From positions 20,619 to 84,618 of the forward strand of contig CASFFN010000007.1 of assembly GCA_949293985.1 (NCBI GenBank): 64,000 bases of DNA. Direction: 5' to 3'. The first letter of the stretch is position 1; each line of letters begins with the position of its first letter. Both the position numbers and the translations under genes were made by a program. Positions 17,180 to 25,969 of the stretch are shown piece after piece. The notes beneath the pieces are model-generated. The model was not told the DNA's origin, ran no database searches, and saw only the letters and a list, made by a program, of their open reading frames with translations. The stretch is from an uncultured Eubacteriales bacterium (lineage in GTDB: Bacteria > Bacillota > Clostridia > Oscillospirales > Oscillospiraceae).

Positions 17180-18310
17180 ATGTTTGAATTAAAAAAAACC
17201 GAAGGAGCCGCCCGGCGGGGAGAATTTACCTGTGCCCATGGTACTGTGCAAACTCCGGTGTTTATGAATGTAGGCACCCAGGGGGCAATTAAAGGAGCCC
17301 TGAGCGCCAAGGACTTGAAGGACATCGGCTGCCAGGTGGAGCTTTCCAATACCTACCACCTGCACCTTCGCCCTACTGACAAGATTGTCAAGGAATGCGG
17401 CGGACTGCACAAATTTATGACCTGGGACGGGCCGATCCTCACGGACTCCGGCGGATTTCAGGTGTTTTCCCTGGCGTCTCTGCGGAAAATCAAGGAGGAG
17501 GGGGTGACCTTTGCCTCCCATATCGACGGTCACAAGATTTTTATGGGACCGGAGGAGAGTATGCGGATTCAGTCCAACCTGGGCTCCGACATCTGCATGG
17601 CTTTTGATGAGTGTATTGAAAATCCCGCACCCAGAGCCTATGTGCAGCAGAGCGTGGACCGGACTTATCGTTGGCTGGTGCGCTGCAAGGCGGAAAATGC
17701 CCGGCTCAACGCCCTGGAGGACACGGTGAATCCCCGGCAGATGCTGTGGGGCATCAACCAGGGTGGGACTTATCCGGACATCCGGATTGACCATATGAAG
17801 CGGATTGCGGATTTGGATTTGCCGGGATACGCCATCGGCGGTCTGGCAGTGGGAGAGACAGCCCAGGAGATGTACGACATCATCGAGGCGGTGGAGCCTT
17901 ATATGCCAAAGGAAAAGACCCGGTATCTTATGGGCGTGGGAACACCTACCAACATTATCGAGGCGGTGGCCAGAGGCGTGGACTTTTTCGACTGCGTCAT
18001 GCCGGCCCGGAACGCCCGCCATGCCCGGCTCTTTACCTGGGAGGGCGCCATCAATCTGCGCAATGCCAAGTATATAACGGATATGCGGCCCATCGACCCT
18101 AAGTGTGATTGTCCGGTATGCCGCCGGTACTCCCGTGCCTATATCCGCCACCTGTTTGTGGCGGAGGAAATGCTTGCCATGCGGCTTTGCGTTATGCACA
18201 ATCTGTATTTTTATAACAAACTGATGGAAAGAATCCGCAATGCTTTGGACGAAGGCCGTTTTGCGGATTTCCGCAGGGAATATTCGGAAAAACTGTCTCG
18301 AAGAATTTGA
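17180..18310 (+). CDS. tgt: Queuine tRNA-ribosyltransferase
   Basis: 376 aa. TPVFMNVGTQG, ILTDSGGFQVFS, and Zn site CDCPVC...H. Confidence 0.93.
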   Translation: MFELKKTEGAARRGEFTCAHGTVQTPVFMNVGTQGAIKGALSAKDLKDIGCQVELSNTYHLHLRPTDKIVKECGGLHKFMTWDGPILTDSGGFQVFSLASLRKIKEEGVTFASHIDGHKIFMGPEESMRIQSNLGSDICMAFDECIENPAPRAYVQQSVDRTYRWLVRCKAENARLNALEDTVNPRQMLWGINQGGTYPDIRIDHMKRIADLDLPGYAIGGLAVGETAQEMYDIIEAVEPYMPKEKTRYLMGVGTPTNIIEAVARGVDFFDCVMPARNARHARLFTWEGAINLRNAKYITDMRPIDPKCDCPVCRRYSRAYIRHLFVAEEMLAMRLCVMHNLYFYNKLMERIRNALDEGRFADFRREYSEKLSRRI

Positions 18311-18405
18311 GGAAACACCGAACAAATCGTCTGCGGCTGGATAGCGGATCTTTTTCGCCATCCATGCAGAACGAAAAGCAGGAAATACATACAGTATTCC
18401 GCTGC
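18311..18405 (+). repeat. 95-nt intergenic repeat, copy A (starts directly after the tgt stop)
   Basis: 81/95 ungapped identity to 22973-23067 by hand alignment. Core: CGGCTGGAYAGCGGATCTTTTTCGCCATCCATGCAGAAYGAAAA. Confidence 0.8.
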
Positions 18406-18418
18406 TTTTCATTCTTTT
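18378..18418 (+). terminator. Probable tgt terminator formed by the 3' hairpin of repeat copy A
   Basis: Imperfect hairpin GCAGGAAATAC-ATACA-GTATTCCGCTGC followed by TTTTCATTCTTTT. Confidence 0.6.
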
Positions 18419-18453
18419 GTCTGGCAAAAAATCTCTCGCTACCAGCTCTTGCT

Positions 18454-18471
18454 GATTTATTCGGAGTTTCC
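18454..18471 (-). repeat. Inverted 18-nt copy of the 5' end of the 95-nt repeat
   Basis: GATTTATTCGGAGTTTCC. Its reverse complement matches 18311-18328 at 16/18 and 22973-22990 at 17/18. Confidence 0.75.
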
Positions 18472-18541
18472 TTAAATAATTCTTGCATTTTATTTCAGTG
18501 ATGATATAATGAAAAGGACAAATTGAAAAGGAGCGAAATCC

Positions 18542-18937
18542 ATGTTATTATTCTTAGAAGAAGCTGCCGCCACCCCTGCGGATACCGGCGCAGCCGGAAT
18601 GCTGATGACCTTCCTGCCCCTCATCGCCATTTTTGTCGTGTTCTATTTTATGATGATTCGTCCCGAGAAGAAGCGTAAAAAAGAGGCTGAGGCCATGCGC
18701 TCTGCCCTGAAGAACGGCGACGAGATCACCACCATCGGTGGTATCACCGGCAAGGTCGTGGATGTGAAGGAGGACAAATTCGTGATTGAAACCGGCGCTG
18801 ACCAGGTCCGCATCGAATTTGCCAAGTGGGCCCTGTCCACCAACGACACGGCTGCTGCCGCTGCCCAGGAGGAGGCCCGGAAGGCTCAGGAAGCCAAGGC
18901 CAAAGCCAAGGCTGCCAAAAAGGCCAACAAGGAGTAA
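18542..18937 (+). CDS. yajC: Preprotein translocase subunit YajC (with an Ala/Lys-rich C-terminal extension)
   Basis: LIAIFVVFYFMMIRPEKKRKKE...GDEITTIGGITGKVV. AAAGGAG RBS. Conserved queA-tgt-yajC order. Confidence 0.9.
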   Translation: MLLFLEEAAATPADTGAAGMLMTFLPLIAIFVVFYFMMIRPEKKRKKEAEAMRSALKNGDEITTIGGITGKVVDVKEDKFVIETGADQVRIEFAKWALSTNDTAAAAAQEEARKAQEAKAKAKAAKKANKE

Positions 18938-18944
18938 TCAAAAA

Positions 18945-18976
18945 GAGGCTTCGGTGAAAACCGAAGCCTCATTTTT
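18945..18976. terminator. Bidirectional terminator after yajC
   Basis: GAGGCTTCGG-TGAAAA-CCGAAGCCTC followed by ATTTTT. Confidence 0.8.
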
Positions 18977-19772
18977 ATGCCGGGACCAGCCGTTTGTTCC
19001 GCAGATAAGAGGGAAGATAAAACAGGGCCGGAATGACGATGTATAACCCGTAAAGCACCAATGTAAAGAGAATGGGCTTTACGCCGGGGAACAGAAGGGC
19101 AAGCAATGGGAATTCGCCCCGGAAGAACATATAGTCGGCGCCGATGGGAGAATAGTTGACAATGTTTGCCGGGATGGACACAATCAGACTTAAAACACAG
19201 GGAAGCAGCAGCTGCCACCATTTTGTCACCTTGGTATAGCGATGGTAGCCGGAAATCAGCATGACCAGGCAGGTAAAGAGCAGGGCGGCATGATAGAAGA
19301 AGGTATGAAAACCCACAAAGGAAATACAGGAATAGGTGGAGAGCCGGATAGCGGGGTAGAAGAAGTTCACGGCGCCACCCAGAAGCCCCAGGGTGCATAC
19401 ATACCCGCAGCCGATTTTCTTCCACAACCCTTTGCCCCAAATGGCTAAGGGCATGGCATACAGATAAATGCTGCAAGGATATAAAGAGAGGCTGCGCCGC
19501 AAATCAAAGCACGGATGCCGGGCGCTTAGGCTTTCCCAGGTGACAATGGCAACTTCCAGGACTACCAGCGTAATCCAAAGCCCAATGAATACGGGACGAA
19601 TCAGAGCCTGCCGCTTTCCAACATAAATGGATGTTCCAATCACTACCGCCAGGAGAACGGCGGCAAAAATCAGATGCAGAGGCGTAAAAAGAGTGCCGGG
19701 AATCTGGTGGGGCGGCGCCAAAAAGTCTTTGTGGCTGAAAAAATGTTCCAGCAAATAGCGAAAATCCATCAT
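18975..19772 (-). CDS. Integral membrane protein (tentatively YwaF/TIGR02206-like)
   Basis: 265 aa with ~7 hydrophobic helices. The family guess is from general resemblance only. Confidence 0.55.
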   Translation of the reverse strand: MMDFRYLLEHFFSHKDFLAPPHQIPGTLFTPLHLIFAAVLLAVVIGTSIYVGKRQALIRPVFIGLWITLVVLEVAIVTWESLSARHPCFDLRRSLSLYPCSIYLYAMPLAIWGKGLWKKIGCGYVCTLGLLGGAVNFFYPAIRLSTYSCISFVGFHTFFYHAALLFTCLVMLISGYHRYTKVTKWWQLLLPCVLSLIVSIPANIVNYSPIGADYMFFRGEFPLLALLFPGVKPILFTLVLYGLYIVIPALFYLPSYLRNKRLVPA

Positions 19773-19808
19773 AGCAGGCAGTCTCCTTGTAAGAAGTTGG
19801 AATGGTTG

Positions 19809-21188
19809 TCAATGCTTCGCCATCGCCCGCTGCTCTATCCGGTCAAAGGTGTGAATCCAGTCTGCTTTCAGCAGATAAATAAGGAAGATAACGCTGCTGC
19901 AACTCCAGGTGATGGGATAGGCCCAGGAAACGGTTTGCAGCTGATTGGCAAAGGGAATGGCGGCGGTAATGTAGGAAACCCGAAGTACACACCAGCACAG
20001 GAGCATGGTATACATGGGTACGGCGGATTTTCCCGCGCCCCGAAGGATGCCGGCGGCACAGTGGGAGAAGGAGAGCAGGAAGAAGAACATACAAATGGTG
20101 CGGCTGTGGAGTACGCCGTAATGAATGACCTCCGGGCTGTCATCAAACAGGCCAATCAGCTGGGGGGCGAACAGATAGATAAGCGCGCCGATACATTCGG
20201 CCATGACCACCGAGCAGATAATGGAAAATATAGCGCCCTTTTTTACCCGGTCATATTTCTTTGCCCCCAGGTTTTGTCCCACGAAGGTAGCCAGCGCCTG
20301 GCTGAAACAGGTGATGGGCAGGAAGGCGAAGCCTTCGATTTTGGAGTAGGAGCCGCAGCCGGCCATGGCAGCGGAGCCGAAGGAGTTGATGTTGGACTGC
20401 ACCACCACATTGGCAAGACCAATCACGGAATTCTGAACACCGGAGGGCAGACCGAAGCGGATAATACTTACCAGGCTGTTCCAATGTATCCGAATTCTCC
20501 GGGGCACTAACTGACCTGGCCCTTTCAGACGGAGCATACGAACGCAGCAAAGCAGAGCGCTGATTCCCTGGGAAATGGTGGTGGCGAGAGCTGCGGAGCC
20601 CACGCCCATGTGGAACACACCCACAAAAAGCAGATCCAGCACCACATTCACGATGGAGGAGAAAATCAGATAGTAAAGGGGATGGCGGCTGTCTCCCATG
20701 GCGTGGAAAATACCTACAAAAATATTGTACATGACAGTAAAAATGGCGCCGCAGAAGTAAAACCGGAAATATTCAATGGAACTTTGAATCACATCTGCCG
20801 GGGTGCCCATCCAGCCTAAGATGGTTGGGGTAAAGATAATGCCCAGCACCGTCAGCAGAGTGCCGCAAATCAGGCCGAGGGCAACATCTGTGTGAATGGC
20901 CAAATCCATTTCCTTGTAGTTTTTGGCTCCGTAGTACCTGGCGATAATGACGCCGGCTCCCATAGCCATGCCATTGAAAAAGCCTACAAACAGGAAAATA
21001 AGATTTCCTGAGGAGCTGACGGCCGCCAGGGCCTTGTCTCCCAGAAATTGCCCCACAATCAAAGAGTCGATGGTGTTATAGAGCTGCTGAAGTACATTTC
21101 CCCAGAAGACCGGCAGAGCAAAGCGAATCAGCGCTTTGGCAATAGGGTCCTCCACAAGAGAATTGTGCTGTTGTTCCAATGCGTACAC
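19809..21188 (-). CDS. MATE family efflux transporter
   Basis: 459 aa, 12 TM. N-terminus ALPVFWGNVLQQLYNTIDSLIVGQFLG is typical of MATE/NorM-like proteins. Confidence 0.88.
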   Translation of the reverse strand: MYALEQQHNSLVEDPIAKALIRFALPVFWGNVLQQLYNTIDSLIVGQFLGDKALAAVSSSGNLIFLFVGFFNGMAMGAGVIIARYYGAKNYKEMDLAIHTDVALGLICGTLLTVLGIIFTPTILGWMGTPADVIQSSIEYFRFYFCGAIFTVMYNIFVGIFHAMGDSRHPLYYLIFSSIVNVVLDLLFVGVFHMGVGSAALATTISQGISALLCCVRMLRLKGPGQLVPRRIRIHWNSLVSIIRFGLPSGVQNSVIGLANVVVQSNINSFGSAAMAGCGSYSKIEGFAFLPITCFSQALATFVGQNLGAKKYDRVKKGAIFSIICSVVMAECIGALIYLFAPQLIGLFDDSPEVIHYGVLHSRTICMFFFLLSFSHCAAGILRGAGKSAVPMYTMLLCWCVLRVSYITAAIPFANQLQTVSWAYPITWSCSSVIFLIYLLKADWIHTFDRIEQRAMAKH

Positions 21189-21388
21189 TTCCTTTATATT
21201 GATGCGATAATATTACCACTTTATTATGCGATACCGAAAATAAAATGTCAAGCCCTGGAAGAAAATGTGACAATTTAGAAATAGTTGTATTTTTTGGAAA
21301 AATCTGGTAAAATAACTGTATAAATGGGGCAAAACCCACACAGAATATAAAATCAGCATTTTTAACATCGGAAAGGCGGGGCATTGCC

Positions 21389-22972
21389 ATGAAAACATTG
21401 TTTTATGGAGGAAAAATCCTTACCATGTCTGATCCTATGTATGCGGGGGGCGTTTTGGTGGAGGACGGAAAAATTACCTGGATTTCTCCCCAGTCCCCGC
21501 TGCCGCTGGGGGAGAAGGACTGCACCTATGTGGATTTGCAGGGGGCGGTTCTGCTGCCTGGATTTGTGGATGCCCATAGCCATTTTTTTCAGGTAGCCAC
21601 CTCCATGCTTCAAGTTTCCTTGAACGGCGCCAAGAGCCCGGAGGAAATGGGCCGAAGAATCCGGGACTATATAGCCCGGGAGCAGGTGCGGCCCGGGGAA
21701 TGGGTGATTGCCCGGGATTATGACCATAATCTGCTGCCCCAGTATCAACATCCCACATTGGAGCAGCTGGACGGCTTTGCTCCTCAAAATCCCCTGATTA
21801 TTCACCATAAGTCGGGGCATATGGGACTGATGAATCAAAAGGCTTTGGATTTGTTGGAAATCACCTCGGAAACGCCTGACCCGGAGGGGGGCAAAATCGG
21901 CAGGGAGGACGGTAGGCTTACCGGCTATCTGGAGGAAAATGCCTTTATTGCCGCCATCAAGAGAGCGCCTATGCCGGAAGGAGAGGCCCTGCTTCAGGGC
22001 TTCCAAAAGGCCCAGAATCTGTATGCCTCCATGGGGATCACTACGGTGCAGGATGGTATGGTGGTAAAGGAAATGCTGCCGGTATACAGGCAGCTGCTGG
22101 AGCGGAAGCTGCTGCGGCTGGAAGTGGTTTTGTACTGCGCCCCGGAGGCCTATGCTGCTGCCCGGGCTATGGTGGAGGCCCAGGGGGAAAACTGCCCGGT
22201 GCGGGTTGGGGGAATGAAAATCTTTTTGGACGGCTCTCCCCAGGGCAGGACTGCCTGGCTGCGCCAGCCCTATGCCGGGGAAACGGAGTACCGGGGCTAC
22301 GGCACCATGACCGACGAGCAGGTGGAGGAGGCATTCCTTCTGGCAGCCCGGAATAATACCCAACTGCTGGCCCATTGCAATGGGGATGCCGCGGTGGAAC
22401 AGTTTTTGCGCTGTCTGGAAAATGCCCGGCGGAAGCAGCCCAGCCTGGCCGCTTTGCGCCCGGTGATTATCCACGGGCAGCTGATGGGCAGAGACCAGAT
22501 GGAGCAGGCCGCCAGACTGGGGGCAGTAGCGTCTTTCTTTGTGGCTCATGTGTATCACTGGGGGGATGTGCATATCCGCAACCTGGGTATGGAGCGGGCA
22601 GAGGGAATCAGTCCGGCTGCCAGCGCCTTGCAGGCCGGTATTCCCGTGACCTTCCATCAGGACGCCCCGGTGATTCCGCCGGATATGCTGGAAACGGTTT
22701 GGTGCGCCGTCACCCGGCGCACGGAAGCGGGGGTGCTTCTGGGGGAGAATGAGCGTATTTCCGTTCAGCAGGCCCTGGAGTGCATTACCAAAAACGGCGC
22801 GTATCAGTATTTTCAGGAGGACCAAAAGGGAAGAATTGCGGAAGGCATGGCAGCCGACCTGGTGGTGCTGAGCCAGGACCCCCTGTCGGTTCCGCCCCAG
22901 CAGCTCAGAGAAATTCAGGTTCTGCACACCTACAAAGGCGGGCGCAGTGTCTACACCCGTCAGGAAAACTAA
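21389..22972 (+). CDS. Amidohydrolase family protein (YtcJ-like, amidohydrolase_3)
   Basis: 527 aa. LLPGFVDAHSHFF metal-binding HxH motif, with HCNGD and HG...D motifs downstream. Confidence 0.85.
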   Translation: MKTLFYGGKILTMSDPMYAGGVLVEDGKITWISPQSPLPLGEKDCTYVDLQGAVLLPGFVDAHSHFFQVATSMLQVSLNGAKSPEEMGRRIRDYIAREQVRPGEWVIARDYDHNLLPQYQHPTLEQLDGFAPQNPLIIHHKSGHMGLMNQKALDLLEITSETPDPEGGKIGREDGRLTGYLEENAFIAAIKRAPMPEGEALLQGFQKAQNLYASMGITTVQDGMVVKEMLPVYRQLLERKLLRLEVVLYCAPEAYAAARAMVEAQGENCPVRVGGMKIFLDGSPQGRTAWLRQPYAGETEYRGYGTMTDEQVEEAFLLAARNNTQLLAHCNGDAAVEQFLRCLENARRKQPSLAALRPVIIHGQLMGRDQMEQAARLGAVASFFVAHVYHWGDVHIRNLGMERAEGISPAASALQAGIPVTFHQDAPVIPPDMLETVWCAVTRRTEAGVLLGENERISVQQALECITKNGAYQYFQEDQKGRIAEGMAADLVVLSQDPLSVPPQQLREIQVLHTYKGGRSVYTRQEN

Positions 22973-23067
22973 GGAAACTCTGAATAAATCGCCTTCGGCT
23001 GGACAGCGGATCTTTTTCGCCATCCATGCAGAATGAAAAACCGGAAATACACAAAGTATTCCCCGGG
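22973..23067 (+). repeat. 95-nt intergenic repeat, copy B (starts directly after the amidohydrolase stop)
   Basis: 81/95 ungapped identity to 18311-18405. The 3' hairpin is CCGGAAATAC-ACAAA-GTATTCCCCGG. Confidence 0.8.
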
Positions 23068-23068
23068 T

Positions 23069-23096
23069 AAAAGGACCGGTTCGCCGGTCCTTTTTT
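23069..23096 (+). terminator. Intrinsic terminator
   Basis: AAAAGGACCGG-TTCG-CCGGTCCTTTTTT, a perfect stem plus T6. Confidence 0.9.
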
Positions 23097-23097
23097 C

Positions 23098-23134
23098 TTG
23101 ACAGGAGTAAAAATGGTGGTATAATTGTATACAA
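23098..23134 (+). promoter_or_regulatory. Promoter with extended -10 and an abutting palindromic operator candidate
   Basis: TTGACA (23098-23103), 16-nt spacer, TGgTATAAT (-10 at 23120-23125). A perfect palindrome TTGTATACAA lies at 23125-23134. Confidence 0.6.
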
Positions 23135-23391
23135 GAATACAAAAGTAAGAGATATCCGTAAATTGGAAAGTTCCAATAAGACAAACCTTCTGGAGCGGCG
23201 TTTCGATGAGAATTCCTCACAGGGTGTGCAGGGGCCCAACCTGCAAAGGGATATTTATACCCACGGTTCCGCCGCCTCCGCGGCCCGGCAGGTATCACTT
23301 GCCGGAGGCGCCGGAAGGTTGTTGGTGGAAAAGAGACGGAGCGGAAGATTGAGAAGCCGGTACCGGGACGCTTCGCTTGAGGAGGAGAAAA

Positions 23392-24036
23392 ATGGGAGAA
23401 TTTAAGGCGGTTTCCTTAGCCGACCGGGTGTTTGAGCGGCTGGAGGACGATATTATCACAGGGAAATACCCCAGAGGAGAGCTTCTGACGGAGTTGAAGC
23501 TGGTGGAGCAGCTGGGAGTGAGCCGCACCCCCATTCGGGAGGCCCTGCGGCGGCTGGAGCAGGAGAATCTCATCAAGGATTCGGGAAAAGGATCCGTGGT
23601 TTTGGGTATTACCCAGGAGGATTTGGTGGATATTATGGACATCCGCCAGCGGCTGGAGGGGTTTGCGGCTGCCTGTGCCGTGGAGCATATGACGGCGGAG
23701 GGAATGGCGGAGCTTTCCAGAATCAACGCCCTTCAGGATTTTTATTACAGCAAGCGGGATGCGGAGCAACTGCAAAAAATGGATGACAGCTTCCACGATA
23801 CCATCTATGACCTGTGCGGCAGGACCGTGCTTCGGGATACCTTGCGGGTGCTCCATAAAAAAACCCAGCGTTACCGGCGTATCTCCATCGGAGACCCGGC
23901 CCGAATGGAGTATTCCGTGGCGGAGCACCGGGCCATCTTCCAGGCCATTGCGGCAGGGGATGCCCGGCTGGCGGAGGAGGTTACCTGCCGTCACATCAAA
24001 AAAGCCAAAGAAAACATGATTGGGAGGTTAAAGTAA
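23392..24036 (+). CDS. GntR family transcriptional regulator (FadR/FCD subfamily)
   Basis: N-terminal winged HTH (ELKLVEQLGVSRTPIREALRRLEQENLI) plus a C-terminal helical FCD-like domain. GGAGGAG RBS precedes ATG 23392. Confidence 0.88.
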   Translation: MGEFKAVSLADRVFERLEDDIITGKYPRGELLTELKLVEQLGVSRTPIREALRRLEQENLIKDSGKGSVVLGITQEDLVDIMDIRQRLEGFAAACAVEHMTAEGMAELSRINALQDFYYSKRDAEQLQKMDDSFHDTIYDLCGRTVLRDTLRVLHKKTQRYRRISIGDPARMEYSVAEHRAIFQAIAAGDARLAEEVTCRHIKKAKENMIGRLK

Positions 24037-24037
24037 T

Positions 24038-25969
24038 ATGCCAATGACTATCGCGCAAAAAATCATCAAAGCCCACCTGGTGGGCGGCGTTATGGAGACC
24101 GGCAAGGAAATTGCCCTGCGGATTGACCAGACCCTGACCCAGGATGCCACCGGCACCATGGCCTATCTGGAATTTGAGACCATGGGGATACCCCAGGTAA
24201 AAACCGAGCTGAGCGTGGCCTATGTGGATCACAACACCCTGCAATGCGGCTTCGAAAATGCGGATGACCACAGGTATCTGCAAACGGTAGCGGCCAAGTA
24301 CGGCGTTCGGTTCTCCCGCCCCGGCAACGGCATCTGCCATCAGGTACACCTGGAGCGGTTCGGCAAACCGGGCAAGACGCTCATTGGTTCCGACAGCCAC
24401 ACCCCCACCGGCGGCGGTCTGGGAATGCTGGCCTTTGGAGCCGGCGGCATGGATGTGGCGGTGGCCATGGGCGGCGGCGCCTACCATATCACCATGCCCA
24501 AACTCTACAAGGTGAACCTTACCGGCGCTCTGCGGCCCTGGGTCAGTGCCAAGGATGTGAGCCTGGAGCTGCTGCGGATTCTGTCCGTGAAGGGCGGCGT
24601 GGGCGTGATTGTGGAGTGGGGCGGCCCCGGAGCCCAGACCCTTTCCGTTCCTGAGCGCGCCACCATCACCAACATGGGCGCAGAGCTGGGAGCGACTACC
24701 TCCATTTTCCCCTCCGACGAGCAGACCCGGAAATTTCTGGCGGCTCAGGGAAGAGAGGAAGACTTCGTACCCCTGTCCAGCGACCCGGACGCGCAATATG
24801 ACCGGGTGATTGACATTGACCTTTCTGCTCTAAAGCCCATGATTGCCTGTCCCCACAGCCCGGACAATGTGGTCCCGGTGGAGAGCCTCCGGGATGTGAA
24901 AGTGGACCAGGTGTGTATCGGTTCTTGTACCAACTCCTCCTTTACGGATATGCTGAAGGTGGCGGCCATTCTCAAGGGCAAGACCGTAGCTCCCAATGTG
25001 AGCCTGTCCATCTCTCCCGGTTCCCGGGAGGTGCTGACCATGCTGGCAAACTGCGGGGCTTTGGCGGATATCATCGCCAGCGGCGCCCGGGTGCTGGAAT
25101 GTGCCTGCGGCCCCTGTATCGGAATGGGATTCTCTCCCAATTCCGGCGGCGTAAGCCTGCGTACCTTCAACCGGAACTTCCTGGGCCGTAGCGGCACCAA
25201 GGATGCCAGGGTGTACCTGGTATCCCCGGAAACCGCCGCCGCTTCCGCCCTGACGGGCCATATTACCGATCCCACCACACTGCCGTCCATGCCGCCGGTG
25301 GCTTTGCCGGAGCATTTCCATATTGATGATTCTGCTGTGATTCAGCCGCTGCCTCCCCAGGAGGCGGAGAAGGCTCAGGTGCTCCGGGGACCCAACATCA
25401 AGGCGTTCCCCAAGAGTAAACCCTTTGCGGATAGCCTGGAGGCGGAGGTAGTGCTGAAGGTAGGGGACAACATCACCACCGACCATATTATGCCTGCCGG
25501 AGCCAAAATTCTGCCTTACCGCTCCAACATCCCCAAGCTGTCGGAGTTCTGCTTTGAGGTTTGCGATCCCCAGTTCCCTGCCCGGGCCAAGGCCGCCGGT
25601 GAGGGCATTGTGGTAGGCGGCAGCAACTACGGCCAGGGCTCCTCCCGGGAGCACGCCGCTCTGGTGCCTATGTATCTGGGCATCCGGTGCGTCATCGCCA
25701 AGAGCTTCGCCAGAATCCATGTGGCAAACCTGATTAACACCGGAATCCTGCCGGTCACCTTTGTGAACCTGGAGGATTATGATACCCTGTCCCAGGGGGC
25801 CAAGCTGAAGCTTACCGGAATCACCCGGGGGATGGAGACAGGAGAAATGACTGTGGTGGATGAGGCAACCGGCAGAACCTTCCCGGTTACCTGCCAGCTT
25901 TCCCCCAGACAGCAGAAAATTTTGATGGCTGGCGGTCTGTTGAACGCCACCAGGGAGGGACTTGTATGA
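24038..25969 (+). CDS. Aconitate hydratase (short ~640-aa type)
   Basis: IDQTLTQDATG, GSDSHTPTGGGLG, Fe-S cysteines CIGSCTNSS and CGPCIG, and a C-terminal swivel domain GSSREHAAL. Confidence 0.9.
   Translation: MPMTIAQKIIKAHLVGGVMETGKEIALRIDQTLTQDATGTMAYLEFETMGIPQVKTELSVAYVDHNTLQCGFENADDHRYLQTVAAKYGVRFSRPGNGICHQVHLERFGKPGKTLIGSDSHTPTGGGLGMLAFGAGGMDVAVAMGGGAYHITMPKLYKVNLTGALRPWVSAKDVSLELLRILSVKGGVGVIVEWGGPGAQTLSVPERATITNMGAELGATTSIFPSDEQTRKFLAAQGREEDFVPLSSDPDAQYDRVIDIDLSALKPMIACPHSPDNVVPVESLRDVKVDQVCIGSCTNSSFTDMLKVAAILKGKTVAPNVSLSISPGSREVLTMLANCGALADIIASGARVLECACGPCIGMGFSPNSGGVSLRTFNRNFLGRSGTKDARVYLVSPETAAASALTGHITDPTTLPSMPPVALPEHFHIDDSAVIQPLPPQEAEKAQVLRGPNIKAFPKSKPFADSLEAEVVLKVGDNITTDHIMPAGAKILPYRSNIPKLSEFCFEVCDPQFPARAKAAGEGIVVGGSNYGQGSSREHAALVPMYLGIRCVIAKSFARIHVANLINTGILPVTFVNLEDYDTLSQGAKLKLTGITRGMETGEMTVVDEATGRTFPVTCQLSPRQQKILMAGGLLNATREGLV

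Noticed and set aside
18307-18501. A 64-aa ORF, and the 54-codon open frame continuing in-frame after the tgt TGA stop (possible read-through or small protein in repeat copy A).
   Set aside because: In repeat copy B both frames hit stops within a few codons despite 85% nucleotide identity. Conservation is therefore at the nucleotide level, not the protein level.
23163-23405. An 80-aa ORF in the GntR leader, and the possibility that the leader is a T-box.
   Set aside because: The ORF starts at TTG without an RBS and has Arg/Gly/Ser-rich low-complexity content. The leader contains GGTGG but not the T-box consensus AAnnnGGGTGGTACCGCG, and I saw no specifier-loop or GA-motif arrangement.
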